From NCBI GenBank assembly GCA_965226885.1, contig CBDDEL010000017.1:544001-608000 (forward strand): 64,000 nt of DNA, given 5' to 3'. The notes under the pieces are model-generated. The model did not search any database. It was not told where the DNA came from and was given only the letters and a program-made list of their open reading frames with translations. This document shows positions 46,000 through 56,216 of this stretch, in pieces; the first letter of the stretch is position 1; each line of letters starts with the position of its first letter. Both the position numbers and the translations under genes were made by a program. This stretch comes from Opitutales bacterium (GTDB lineage: Bacteria; Verrucomicrobiota; Verrucomicrobiia; Opitutales; UBA2987).

Positions 46000-46275
46000 A
46001 TGAATAAGGCTGAATTAGTCGCACAAGTGCAAAAAAATCTAGGCGGTGATACTTCCAAAGCCGCAGCCGAGGCGGCTTTGTCGGCTGTCCTCGACGGCAT
46101 TAAAACTGGAGTGAAAAAAGATAAAAACGTCCAGGTTATCGGCTTTGGCACATTTTCAGTAGTCAAGCGGGCGGCACGCCAAGGCGTGAATCCCCAGACT
46201 GGTGAAAAGATCAAAATCAAGGCATCCAAGGGCGTAAAGTTTAAAGCAGGAGCCGGTCTTAAGGCCATGGCGTAA
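46000..46275 (+). CDS. hup: DNA-binding protein HU
   Basis: MNKAELV, GFGTF and RAARQGVNPQTG motifs. Confidence 0.95.
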   Translation: MNKAELVAQVQKNLGGDTSKAAAEAALSAVLDGIKTGVKKDKNVQVIGFGTFSVVKRAARQGVNPQTGEKIKIKASKGVKFKAGAGLKAMA

Positions 46276-46290
46276 TCATTTTTTGATTCG

Positions 46291-46326
46291 AAAAAAACCC
46301 CGCAGATAATTCTGCGGGTTTTTTTT
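46291..46326. terminator. Bidirectional intrinsic terminator
   Basis: A-run, cccgcaga/tctgcggg hairpin and T-run between convergent genes. Confidence 0.85.
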
Positions 46327-46384
46327 GCCTAATATCCAAAACCCAAGATGCCTGCCTCCTGAAAAATACAAGTCAGGTTTATTT

Positions 46385-48241
46385 TCACAGGTAGGATTTT
46401 AACGCCTGCCTCAATCGATGCGAGCTTTCGTGTAGCCCACCGTGCCGATTGCGGGCCAACCAGCATTCCTCGTATTGATGAATGAGCAGGATCATTTCGC
46501 GTCTTCGCTGGGTGATATCGACCGTGCTCCGGCTTAGGCGGGCAATACCGCGCCGTGCCGCATGGAGCATTGTGGTAACTGTTAGACGAAGCTCGGCGAG
46601 GACTTGTTCCCGGTCTCCACAGGTGGGACGGGCGGAGGGAATTTCCGCCTCCAATTGCAATAGATAGCTGCATGCCGCCGTCAGTTCTTCCAACTCGATG
46701 CCGTCCAGGATTTCGTCCAGATCCGAGCCATCGCTGAATAGCAACTTTTTGAACGAATTTGAATTTGGGGGAGATTTTTTCAGCTTGCCTGAGGTTCGGC
46801 CGACTCCGACCCAAAGTTTCCCGGTGATGCCGCTGGCGTCCTGAAATACGAATTTGCTTAAAATTTCGGCCAGATTGTCCGCAGTGGATTTTTCGTGATT
46901 CCAGGCCTGGCTCGCTCCAAAAACAATGGGGGCATAGTTGACCGGCAGGCATTGGTGATGTCCGTCGTCCCCCCAATCCGTGATCAAGTAACCGCGAGCC
47001 CCAAATTTTGCCGCCGAATCGGCTGCCGATGAGAGGTTCCCCACGGCATTGTCCAGCCGCCCGCAGATCGAACTCCAGCTCGAAGTCCCCGGAGCCACAT
47101 AGAAATCTCTGCCCGCTTGGGCAAACACTTCGCATTGCTCATCGAATGGATGATCGGCCTCATAACCCCAGATGATGCCGGTAATATCCTCTTCCAGCCG
47201 TTTGATGTTTTCAGGATTGTGCAGCACCAAATCGGCCCAAAATTGAATTTGCTTTCCGTTTTTGCGGGCCAGATTGGCGATTTTTAGTAGAAAACCGTAA
47301 TAAACCTCGCCGACGCCTACTTTTTCAACGAGAGATCGGCTTTTGCCCTGGCCGATTTCCCAGGTTTCATCGCAGCCGATATTGAACCTGGGGCTGCTGA
47401 AATTAGGTAGAAATTCTTCATAGAGTTTTTCCAAAAACCTCAACGATTCCGGGCTCGGGTGCAGGGTCCGGCCCCAGGGAAAACTTCTCCCGTTGGGCAG
47501 GGTGAACCCGTCGGGACATTCGGCCAGGTGTTTATACTCCGGATGCCGCAGCCAGCGTTCAAAATGCCCAAATGAGTTCAAATTGGGCACCAGCTCGATA
47601 AAACGCTGCTGGCAATATTCGTCCAGTTCACGCACATCATCTGCCGTCAAGGGAGAGGCGTCCCCCCAGACAACCTCGTGGTTGGTAAAGGCAAACGTAT
47701 GCTCGGTATAGAGTTGAAGCTGGTTGATCTTGAAAGAGGCCAGTAGGCAAATCAGTTCCCTCAAAGTTTCCATTCGAGGCACCTTGCATCGGCTTATATC
47801 TAGCATGAAGCCCCTGTCGGCAATTTGCGGCCAATCCACAACTTCCAGCATGGGCAGGGTGGCAGGATATTGGATGAAGATTTGCCGCAAGGTTTGCAAT
47901 CCGTAATAAGCGCCAGCCTCATCCCCCGCGGCGATCTCTATTCCACTGGGGTGAATTTTCAAACGGTATCCCTGGGGTGAATACCCGGTTGCTTGCTTGA
48001 CTAAATTGATTAGCGCAAAACTATCGTTTTCAGAAGTAAATTCATTTTCGGTCCGTAGATTAAATTCATTTTTAAATTCCTCCAGACCTGGCTTCAATGT
48101 GGAGGAAAATTCTTTGTCCACACCGATGGAAATTCGCTCCGGCAGGGTCAATTGGCCGGGAATTTTTTTTAATTCCCGTGGTGGAGGGGATAGCAACGGC
48201 TTGGAGTCCAGTTGCGATTGGTTTGTAGTCTTATTTGGCAA
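46385..48241 (-). CDS. GH20 beta-N-acetylhexosaminidase
   Basis: RGFMLDISR, NSFGH, NIGCDE and TDWGD.GH motifs. Confidence 0.9.
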   Translation of the reverse strand: MPNKTTNQSQLDSKPLLSPPPRELKKIPGQLTLPERISIGVDKEFSSTLKPGLEEFKNEFNLRTENEFTSENDSFALINLVKQATGYSPQGYRLKIHPSGIEIAAGDEAGAYYGLQTLRQIFIQYPATLPMLEVVDWPQIADRGFMLDISRCKVPRMETLRELICLLASFKINQLQLYTEHTFAFTNHEVVWGDASPLTADDVRELDEYCQQRFIELVPNLNSFGHFERWLRHPEYKHLAECPDGFTLPNGRSFPWGRTLHPSPESLRFLEKLYEEFLPNFSSPRFNIGCDETWEIGQGKSRSLVEKVGVGEVYYGFLLKIANLARKNGKQIQFWADLVLHNPENIKRLEEDITGIIWGYEADHPFDEQCEVFAQAGRDFYVAPGTSSWSSICGRLDNAVGNLSSAADSAAKFGARGYLITDWGDDGHHQCLPVNYAPIVFGASQAWNHEKSTADNLAEILSKFVFQDASGITGKLWVGVGRTSGKLKKSPPNSNSFKKLLFSDGSDLDEILDGIELEELTAACSYLLQLEAEIPSARPTCGDREQVLAELRLTVTTMLHAARRGIARLSRSTVDITQRRREMILLIHQYEECWLARNRHGGLHESSHRLRQALKSYL

Positions 48242-48597
48242 ATCTGAAAATTACTTTAAGTTTAATGAAACTGGCTTGAAGGTTCTTTTTTGTTGCCAGG
48301 TGGCATTTTAAAAACAGATCCAGATTACGCATTGGACATAGAAACTTCGTAATAAGGATTTTGCAAGTCCACCTCGGCTTGAATCCAGAGAGCGGCAGCC
48401 ATGGGACAATAGGCGTTATTGAATCCCTTACCATCAACTTTACCTGCTTTTATCGAGTCGAACTAAGATTTGCCGGGAGACGCGAATGCTTCACCGGCCT
48501 GTTCGAGGGTTTCCGCCTAAGTCAAAGCTGCGGCATTTTTAACGACAACGGGCAGACCTTCCTGCGCCATATTGGCCAATTTCATTGCGGTCATCGA

Positions 48598-49922
48598 TGA
48601 CGTGTACTGGATTTGTTGGACACGGGATTCTCTTATATTCATTGTTTATTGATTAGTGTGTCAGGCGGCTTGTTTTGGTAAAGGGTTTTGTTTTCTCGTT
48701 GCCCCCCATGGGGGGCAAATATTTTCCTCGAATTGGACTGGGCTTTGGTAACTCAGAGAGGAATGTTTGCGATATCGGTTGTAGAAGATTTCCACGTATT
48801 CGAAGACAGTTGATCGCAGTTCGCGCTCGTCGGCAAAGTGGCGGCCTCGAATCGTGCTGGTCTTGAAGCGGCCGTAGAACGATTCCATGGCCGCGTTGTC
48901 GTAGCAGTTGCCTTGGGCGCTCATGCTCGGCTTCATGCCTAGTTCAGAGACCAGCCTCTGATAGTCGTCGCTGGCGTAGGGGCTGCCCCGATCGCTGTGA
49001 TGAATAATCCCGGTGCGCAGTGTGCCGCGGGTCATGGCCGCGGCTTTGAGGGCCTTGCCAACCAGCTTCGCGTCGTTGTGGTTGGAAACGCTCCAGCCCA
49101 GCAGGCGTCGGCTGAACAGGTCCATCACCGTGGCCAAGTACATCCAACCGGCCAGGGTCCGTAGGTAGGTCGTGTCCGCCACCCAGACCTCGTCGATATG
49201 GGTCGGCTGGCCATGCTTTTTAAGCACATTGGGGCTGTAACCATAGGGATGGTTACTGTTGGTTTTTAATGGCTTAAAGCGTTTACTCTGGGTGCTTTTG
49301 ATTCCCATTTCACGCATCAGACGCAGAGCCCGGTCACGGCCGCAATCGATGCCCTCATCATCCTTCAGATGGCGGTGCATTGGCCGATGCCCATAGCGGC
49401 CCTTGGCCTCTTTGTGTACCTTCAGGATCGCCCCCTTGATTCCCTCGTCCTCGATCCGCCGGGCCGAGGGCGCTCGGGGCCTCCAGCAGTAATAGCCACT
49501 GCGACAAATCCCCATCGCCGAGCATATTTCCTCGATCTTGAAGCGCCCCTCGTTGTCTTTGACAAACTGGTACTTCATTGTTCGTCCTTGGCAAAGTAGC
49601 CCACCGTTTTTTTTAGTATCTGGTTGATCCGCTCCGAGCGGCGCAGCTCTTTGCGAAGACGATCTATCTCGGCCGCCATCTCCTTCGGACTGCTCTGTCG
49701 CTTTGAGGTGGCTTCGCCCTGCTGATCGTCCAGATAGAGCCTCTTCCACCTATACAATTGGTTGGTGTTGACCCCAAGTTTGGTCGATACCTCGGTGGCG
49801 CTCAGACCATCGAGTATCATCAGTTGAACTGCCTCATTTTTGAACTCTATACTGCGTCTTCTTCCCATGCTTCGATTCTCCATTTAGGAGAATCTCGTGT
49901 CCACTTTTTCCAGTGCACATCA
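48598..49922 (-). mobile_element. IS3-family element copy 7 (1325 bp), TSD tcga
   Basis: Both IRs present. 3-bp deletion in orfA. Confidence 0.95.
48661..49883 (-). CDS. IS3 transposase: orfA 49575-49883, orfB 48661-49578
   Basis: Same motifs as copy 1, with one Phe codon missing. Confidence 0.92.
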
Positions 49923-50027
49923 TCGACACACCCTCAAGGGAATCCGATGACCGGAACGGTATTTATCAAACGAGGGCAAGCAATAATAGGTTAATGCGAG
50001 TTTTAGGATGTTTATTCATAACTTTTA

Positions 50028-53000
50028 TTATTTGTTGGGGTTAAAACGAAATCGTAATTCTTCGATCAGACAGTAAATTACCGGGACCATCAGGACCGTT
50101 ATGAGGGCCACAAACATGCCCCCGAAGGAGGGGATGGCCATGGGCACCATGATGTCGGCCCCGCGGCCGGTCGAGGTGAGAACGGGGATGAGGGCCAGGA
50201 TGGTGGTGGCGGAGGTCATCAGGGCGGGGCGGATTCGCTTTGTCGCGGCCTCAACGGTGGCTTTATGAATGTCCGCAATGCCTCGGATTTTCCGCTTGGA
50301 AAATATTTGGTCGAGAAATACTACCATGACCACGCCATTGTCAGCCGCAATTCCGAATAGGGCCAGGAAGCCCACCCAAACCGCCACACTCAGATTGATG
50401 GGGTGAATCTGGAAAAGCTCCCGCATATCGGTATCGAATACGGAGAAGTTTAGGAACCAGGGCTGCCCATAGAGCCAAACCATAATAAATCCACCCGCCC
50501 ACGCCACGAATATTCCGGAAAATACCAGCAGGGTGGTAAAAAAGGATTGGAACTGCATGTAGAGAATAATGAAAATTACAAACAGGGCCACCGGGACTAC
50601 TACCATAAGCGTTTTGGTCGCCCTTTGCTGGTTTAAGTAGCTTCCGGCAAAGTCGTAGGTGACTCCAGCTGGCTTAATGAATTCACCGCTCTTAATCTTT
50701 TCTTTGAGATAGGCCTGGGCCTCTTCGACCACGTTTACTTCGGCATGACCCTCTTTCATGTCAAAAACCACATAACCGACCAGGAAGGTATCTTCGCTCT
50801 TGATGACTTGAGGGCCAGACAGATACACAATCTCCGCCAATTGGGTTAAAGGGATTTGCGCCCCATCCGGGGCTGGCACGAGGATGCGGTCAAGGGATTC
50901 GATCTGGTCGCGAAGCTCACGCAGATAACGCACCCGCACCGGATAGCGCTCGCGGCCTTCGACTGTAGTGGTAAGCGGTTTCCCGCCAATGGCCACCTCG
51001 ATCACATCCTGCACCCGGCGAATGGGCACCCCGTAGCGGGCGATGGCCTCGCGGTCGATCTTGATTTCCAGGTAGGGTTTGGCCACGATCCGATCGGCCA
51101 CTACAGCCTCTGCCTTGACCGACGGCACTTCCTTTAGAAATCTCTCAATTTGCAGCCCTACTTTTTCGATCGTTTCCTGGTCCGGTCCTTTAACCTTGAC
51201 CCCCATGGGCGCCCTCATGCCGCTTTGCAGCATAACGATGCGGGCCGCGATGGGCTGAAGCTTGGGAGCCGAGGTGGTTCCGGGAATTTTCGTAACGATT
51301 ACAATCCGGTCCCAGATATCGCCCGGGTTTTTGATGCCCGCCCAAGCCTTTCGATCAGGATTGATTTGCGCATCCAGGGGCGGCCGCCAATAACGAAAGG
51401 GCACACCGCCGCTGTCCGGGATCAGCCTTCCGCTGGCATCGCGCTCGTATTTGCCTTCTACCAGGTAGGGTTTGCCATCCGGCGCCAATACCGGATTGCC
51501 CGATTCGTTGCGGAAGAGATCGATCGCCTTGTCGTCGTGCTTGAAGCGCACCCGGCCGCCGTCCCGGTCGACAAGATACTCCGGCTTGTAATTAATGATC
51601 GTCTCGAACATCGAAATGGGGGCCGGGTCGAGCGGACTTTCCACCCGCCCCAGTTTGCCCACCACGGAGTCGATTTCGGGAATGGAGCGGATGGCCATGT
51701 CCTGCTTTTGCAAAACATCCATGGCTTCGCCAATGGAGGCATGAGGCATGGTGGTGGGCATGAAGAGATAGGAACCTTCGTCCAGGGCCGGCATGAACTC
51801 CTTGCCCAGGCCAGGAAAACGATTGGACAAAGAGGTGGCAATCGACGAATTTTTTATGCGCTCCGGCATCCACCCCGTGAAGGAGTCGAATCCTGTCCAG
51901 ACCAATCCCCCGGTCAGGATCAGGGCAGCCGGAATGCAGATAACGGGGAACTTATGTTTGAGACACCACCTGAGCAAGTTAGGATAAATAATCCGAAAGA
52001 AAGTGAAAAAACCAAGCAGTCCGCCCATCAAAACAGCCACGAAAACAACGTTCCGCAACATGCCCTTTTGCGGCCCCAGTGGCATCCAGTGTTCCGTTAA
52101 GAAAACAATTACCACCGCGGATACCGCCCAAATGGCAATTTGGGAATTTGCTTTAACAAGAACCTTTGGAATGCGGTCTTTGAGAAAATGATAAATGCCA
52201 AGAGCCACAATTATGGCGCCCACCCACCACTGAAAAAGAAACGCAACCACTATGCCGGCCAAAACGATGCCGCCATTCAAATACTTTTTCGCTTTTTCCG
52301 GTCTGGCGCCTGGCACAAAAAACAGTTGGGCCAGAACCGGGATTAAGGTTAGCGCCAGAAGAACGGATGCCAGAAGAGCAAAGCTCTTGGTGAAAGCCAG
52401 AGGTTTGAATAATTTGCCCTCTGCTCCCACCATGGCAAATACTGGGAGAAAACCAACCAGGGTCGTTGCCACCGCTGTCACGACAGCGCCCCCAACTTCG
52501 GTCGAGGCTTGGTAGATAACTTCGAGCGAAGATCGATTTTTCAAGGCGCTGTTCGTCGTCTTCTCCTTGTGCCACTCATCCAGATGGCGGAGGATGTTTT
52601 CGCAGACCACAATGCCCATGTCGACCATCGTCCCGATGGCGATGGCGATGCCAGACAATGCCACCACATTGGCATCGATCCCGAACTGTTTCATGGCAAC
52701 AAAGCAGATCAAAACGGCCAACGGTAGCACCGCCGATATCAGCATCGAACTGGCAAAGTGCATTACGCTGATCAGAACGACGATTACGGTGACCATTATT
52801 TCATCGCTCAAGGCATTGCTCAGAGTCCCTAGCGTCTCGTAAATCAAGCCCGACCGGTCGTAAAAAGGCACGATGGCTATTTTGCTGTATTTCACCCAAC
52901 CCGGACGATCCTTGATGGAGGTCTTTTTTAGCCATTCAATCCAGCCCACTTGGTTGAGTTCGCTTCCGTTGTAGGCGTCGAATCCCTGGGAGGCGGCAAA

Positions 53001-54101
53001 GAGTCCAATATCTTCGGGAGTTACCTGGGTGAAATCGATAACGGCTTTCTCCGGCAGGCCGGGCGTGATGATACCCTCGATTTGCTTTTTGACGTTCTTG
53101 ATGGCCGCCAGCGGGTTCTCCCCATAACGCACGACGACCACCCCTCCCACCGCCTCGGTGCCTTCCTTGTCCAGAGCGCCGCGCCGTAGGGCCGGCCCCA
53201 GCGAGACATTGGCCACATCCTTGACGTAGATGGGGATATTGTCGTTGACCTTGATCACGCTCAACTCGACATCGCGGACACTCTCGATGAAACCGAGCCC
53301 GCGAATGAAATACTCGACCTTGTTGACTTCGATACTGCGGGCCCCCACATCGATATTGGAATTTTTCACGGCCGCCAGCACCTCCTCCAGTTTCACCCGG
53401 TGGGCCCGCATGGCATCGGGATCGACATCGATCTGATACTCGCGAACAAAGCCGCCGATGGAGCCTACCTCGCTGATGCCCCCCGCCGAGAGCAGGTTGT
53501 AGCGCACATACCAATCCTGAGTCGCGCGTAACTCGTCCAGGTCCCAGCCTCCGGTCGGCTCCCCGTTTTCATCATGCCCCTCCAGGGTGTACCAGAAAAC
53601 TTGCCCCAAAGAGGTCGCGTCCGGCCCCAGGGCAGGCTGGACGCCCTCGGGCAGTGTTCCCGCCTTGAGGCTGTTGAGTTTTTCCAGAACACGGGAGCGG
53701 GACCAGTAGAATTCGATGTCTTCCTCGAAGATGATGTAAATGGAGGAAAATCCGAAAAACGAATAACTGCGGATCGTTTTCACTCCCGGCACCCCGAGCA
53801 GCGAAACGGTCAGTGGGTAGCCGATCTGGTCCTCCACATCCTGGGGCGAACGGCCCATCCACTCGGTGAAGACGATCTGCTGGTTTTCCCCGATATCGGG
53901 AATGGCGTCCACCGGAACGCGGGTAATGCTCCCCAACTCCCAATCGAAAGGCGCCACCATCGCTCCCCATACAGACCCCATCAAGACCAGCAGGGCTACG
54001 ATGAATTTATTGTTCAGGCAGACCTTGATGAGCCAGTCGATGGCGGCAATGCGCCCGTGTCTCCCTCCGGAAGAAGAGGGTTCCTTGCTTTCGTTATTCA
54101 A
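50028..54101 (-). CDS. cusA: CusA/CzcA heavy-metal efflux RND permease
   Basis: VDAIPDI.ENQ, LGPDAT.LG, GIAIAIG.MVD, EFMP.LDEG and R.RP.LMT motifs. Confidence 0.9.
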   Translation of the reverse strand: MNNESKEPSSSGGRHGRIAAIDWLIKVCLNNKFIVALLVLMGSVWGAMVAPFDWELGSITRVPVDAIPDIGENQQIVFTEWMGRSPQDVEDQIGYPLTVSLLGVPGVKTIRSYSFFGFSSIYIIFEEDIEFYWSRSRVLEKLNSLKAGTLPEGVQPALGPDATSLGQVFWYTLEGHDENGEPTGGWDLDELRATQDWYVRYNLLSAGGISEVGSIGGFVREYQIDVDPDAMRAHRVKLEEVLAAVKNSNIDVGARSIEVNKVEYFIRGLGFIESVRDVELSVIKVNDNIPIYVKDVANVSLGPALRRGALDKEGTEAVGGVVVVRYGENPLAAIKNVKKQIEGIITPGLPEKAVIDFTQVTPEDIGLFAASQGFDAYNGSELNQVGWIEWLKKTSIKDRPGWVKYSKIAIVPFYDRSGLIYETLGTLSNALSDEIMVTVIVVLISVMHFASSMLISAVLPLAVLICFVAMKQFGIDANVVALSGIAIAIGTMVDMGIVVCENILRHLDEWHKEKTTNSALKNRSSLEVIYQASTEVGGAVVTAVATTLVGFLPVFAMVGAEGKLFKPLAFTKSFALLASVLLALTLIPVLAQLFFVPGARPEKAKKYLNGGIVLAGIVVAFLFQWWVGAIIVALGIYHFLKDRIPKVLVKANSQIAIWAVSAVVIVFLTEHWMPLGPQKGMLRNVVFVAVLMGGLLGFFTFFRIIYPNLLRWCLKHKFPVICIPAALILTGGLVWTGFDSFTGWMPERIKNSSIATSLSNRFPGLGKEFMPALDEGSYLFMPTTMPHASIGEAMDVLQKQDMAIRSIPEIDSVVGKLGRVESPLDPAPISMFETIINYKPEYLVDRDGGRVRFKHDDKAIDLFRNESGNPVLAPDGKPYLVEGKYERDASGRLIPDSGGVPFRYWRPPLDAQINPDRKAWAGIKNPGDIWDRIVIVTKIPGTTSAPKLQPIAARIVMLQSGMRAPMGVKVKGPDQETIEKVGLQIERFLKEVPSVKAEAVVADRIVAKPYLEIKIDREAIARYGVPIRRVQDVIEVAIGGKPLTTTVEGRERYPVRVRYLRELRDQIESLDRILVPAPDGAQIPLTQLAEIVYLSGPQVIKSEDTFLVGYVVFDMKEGHAEVNVVEEAQAYLKEKIKSGEFIKPAGVTYDFAGSYLNQQRATKTLMVVVPVALFVIFIILYMQFQSFFTTLLVFSGIFVAWAGGFIMVWLYGQPWFLNFSVFDTDMRELFQIHPINLSVAVWVGFLALFGIAADNGVVMVVFLDQIFSKRKIRGIADIHKATVEAATKRIRPALMTSATTILALIPVLTSTGRGADIMVPMAIPSFGGMFVALITVLMVPVIYCLIEELRFRFNPNK

Positions 54102-56167
54102 TGGTCATGCCCTCCGAGCGGTTTTGATTGACCCGCCAGCGTCTCTACAACGCTGCCACAGGTGGGCATTTTTAAACCGTAAAAAGGATTTCGGGTCGTT
54201 TCGGTCCGCTGAAGCCAGATGGCGCCCTTGCCATCGTCGGCCATCGGACAGCGCAAGACATAGAGGTTTTCACTGCCGCCCAGTCCGAATTGCTTGATCG
54301 TTTCGGGAAGCTGGGCGGAGAATTCGACAAGTCCCTTGCGCAAGCCTTCCAGATCGCCTCCCTCAAACAACTTGCCCGCCTCTATGAATTGCCCCCGGCG
54401 CCTCATCCATTCCATGTGGGCATGCCCTTCGAGGAGTTTCATATCGACTGCCCCGAGAGCTGTCATGGTCTCACTTACGGCCACTCTGGCGGCCTCCAGA
54501 TCGTCGTTGGCCAGCGCCGTGGGAATGTCCAGGTAGGATTCGTAAAACCGGGTGAGCTGTTTTTTGAACCCGGAGGGAATTTTCAAGGGCATGTCCATTT
54601 TCAACGGTTCTTTCTTATTCAGTTGGCTGGACGGTTTTGGGGCGCTTTTCTTTTTGGGGGATTCACCACCCATATCCATTCCCATCATTCCGCCTACGGT
54701 CCCTCCTCCGGTGGGGTTCATCATGCTAGGTTTGGCCAGGATCTGGATGGCGCTGTCGATCTTGAAGTTGCCCTGAACGACCACCATTTCGCCCTCTTCA
54801 AGCCCTTCCTTGACAATATAATAATCGCCAGTGCGTGGCCCGAGAACAATTTCACGCCCCTCGAAGCGCCCTTCCTTGGCTGGTACTCGCACATAAACCA
54901 CGGCCCGTTTGCCGGTTTTCAAGGGGGCCGAAGCCGGAATCACCAGGGGTGCCTCCTCGGCAGCTTCTTCCGGGCTTTTATAACCAAGCGACTCCGTGCT
55001 GACCAATGGCATGCCGCAAATATCGCAATTTCCAGGTTTATCCTTGACGATGCTAGGGTGCATGCGCCCGATCCATTTTCCGGCCAAATTGGCGTCGATA
55101 ACCTTTCCTTTCGCTGTCGTCCTCGATCGCACGATGGCGCGTATGAACATGCCGGGTTTCAGCCGGCGATCCGGGTTAGGCACGTTAACCCGGACTTTCA
55201 CCGTTCGGGTCTTTTCATTTAAAATGGGATCTATAAAAGCGATCGTGCCGTGAAATCTCTCTCCCCGATAGGCCTCTGTCTCGAATTCGACATCCTGACC
55301 GTAGCGTATCCAGGAGAGGTCGGATTCGTAGGCGTCGAGTTTTACCCACACCTTCGACAAATCCGCGATGGTGTAAATCCGGGTGCCAAAATCGACATAC
55401 ATGCCTTCGAGGGCGTTCTTGTGGATGACGATTCCGCTCATGGGCGAATTAATGGTCAGGTGGTCATCCGGTTTTTCATTTTGTTCTATGGCGCTGATCT
55501 GTTTCGGCGACAGGCCCCATAAGCGGAGCTTCTCGCGAGTGGTCTCGACCGTGACGAGCGCCCGGTCCTTGATCAGGGTAATATCGCTGTTCTCGAGATT
55601 TTTTACCGTGACCAGGGCCTGAATCAGCTCCTCCTGGGCAGCCAGCAGTTCCGGACTGTATAAAGAGACCAGGTGGTCGCCTTTTTTTACGGAAACTCCC
55701 GTGAAGTCCACAAAGAGGCGGTCCAAACGGCCCGGCACCCTGGCCGTGATATAGGCCAGGCGGGTCTCGTCAAATTCCACCTTGCCCACCATGCGGATTT
55801 CATTTTCGACAAACTTGCGTTCGACCGCCGCCACTTCCACCGCGGCCAGCTTTTGTGCCGCCGCCGTCATTTTCAACTCCCTCGGCCCCAGTGCCTCCTC
55901 CTCTTTATCCTCATAAACCGGAATGAGGTCCATTCCGCAAATCGGGCATTTGCCCAGTTCCTCAAGGTGGATGTGCGGATGCATGGAACAGGTCCAGAAC
56001 TCGGCCGCGGTCGCCTCCCGGTTGGCTTGGCCGTCGCCTTCATGCGCTGCCGGGGCGGGCTCCTGACCGGACTTCAATAAATAACCAGCCCCAAAGGCCA
56101 GAATGGCGATCCCGGCAATCGGGAGAATTTTCAGGTTTTTCAATACCTGGATGAGTTGTTCTTTCAT
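54098..56167 (-). CDS. cusB: CusB-like RND periplasmic adaptor with heavy-metal-binding repeats and a C-terminal DUF3347-like domain
   Basis: WTCSMHP..CPICGMDL, YSPEL..AQEE, LKPGMF and CPMA..W.Q..NPFYG..M..CG motifs. Confidence 0.88.
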   Translation of the reverse strand: MKEQLIQVLKNLKILPIAGIAILAFGAGYLLKSGQEPAPAAHEGDGQANREATAAEFWTCSMHPHIHLEELGKCPICGMDLIPVYEDKEEEALGPRELKMTAAAQKLAAVEVAAVERKFVENEIRMVGKVEFDETRLAYITARVPGRLDRLFVDFTGVSVKKGDHLVSLYSPELLAAQEELIQALVTVKNLENSDITLIKDRALVTVETTREKLRLWGLSPKQISAIEQNEKPDDHLTINSPMSGIVIHKNALEGMYVDFGTRIYTIADLSKVWVKLDAYESDLSWIRYGQDVEFETEAYRGERFHGTIAFIDPILNEKTRTVKVRVNVPNPDRRLKPGMFIRAIVRSRTTAKGKVIDANLAGKWIGRMHPSIVKDKPGNCDICGMPLVSTESLGYKSPEEAAEEAPLVIPASAPLKTGKRAVVYVRVPAKEGRFEGREIVLGPRTGDYYIVKEGLEEGEMVVVQGNFKIDSAIQILAKPSMMNPTGGGTVGGMMGMDMGGESPKKKSAPKPSSQLNKKEPLKMDMPLKIPSGFKKQLTRFYESYLDIPTALANDDLEAARVAVSETMTALGAVDMKLLEGHAHMEWMRRRGQFIEAGKLFEGGDLEGLRKGLVEFSAQLPETIKQFGLGGSENLYVLRCPMADDGKGAIWLQRTETTRNPFYGLKMPTCGSVVETLAGQSKPLGGHDH

Positions 56168-56216
56168 AGGTTTTCTTCCTCTGGTAATTAAAATTTTTGG
56201 ATGCCCTTTTGCCCTG

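Larger units (their letters stand above)
48325..49975 (-). pseudogene. DUF3347-like metal-binding protein remnant with two in-frame TAG stops and an IS3 insertion
   Basis: Hand translation: SDSLEGVSMTAMKLA...LT*AETLEQAGEAF...KS*...AYCPMAAALWIQAEVDLQNPYY. The 5' end is approximate. Confidence 0.7.

Noticed and set aside
48463..48519. TAG recoding (pyrrolysine or alternative code)
   Set aside because: TAG is a normal stop elsewhere (for example 38954 and 45849), and the gene is otherwise decayed.
48330..48597. tmRNA or other ncRNA in the apparent intergenic gap
   Set aside because: No tRNA-like ends. The region translates as a DUF3347-like pseudogene.
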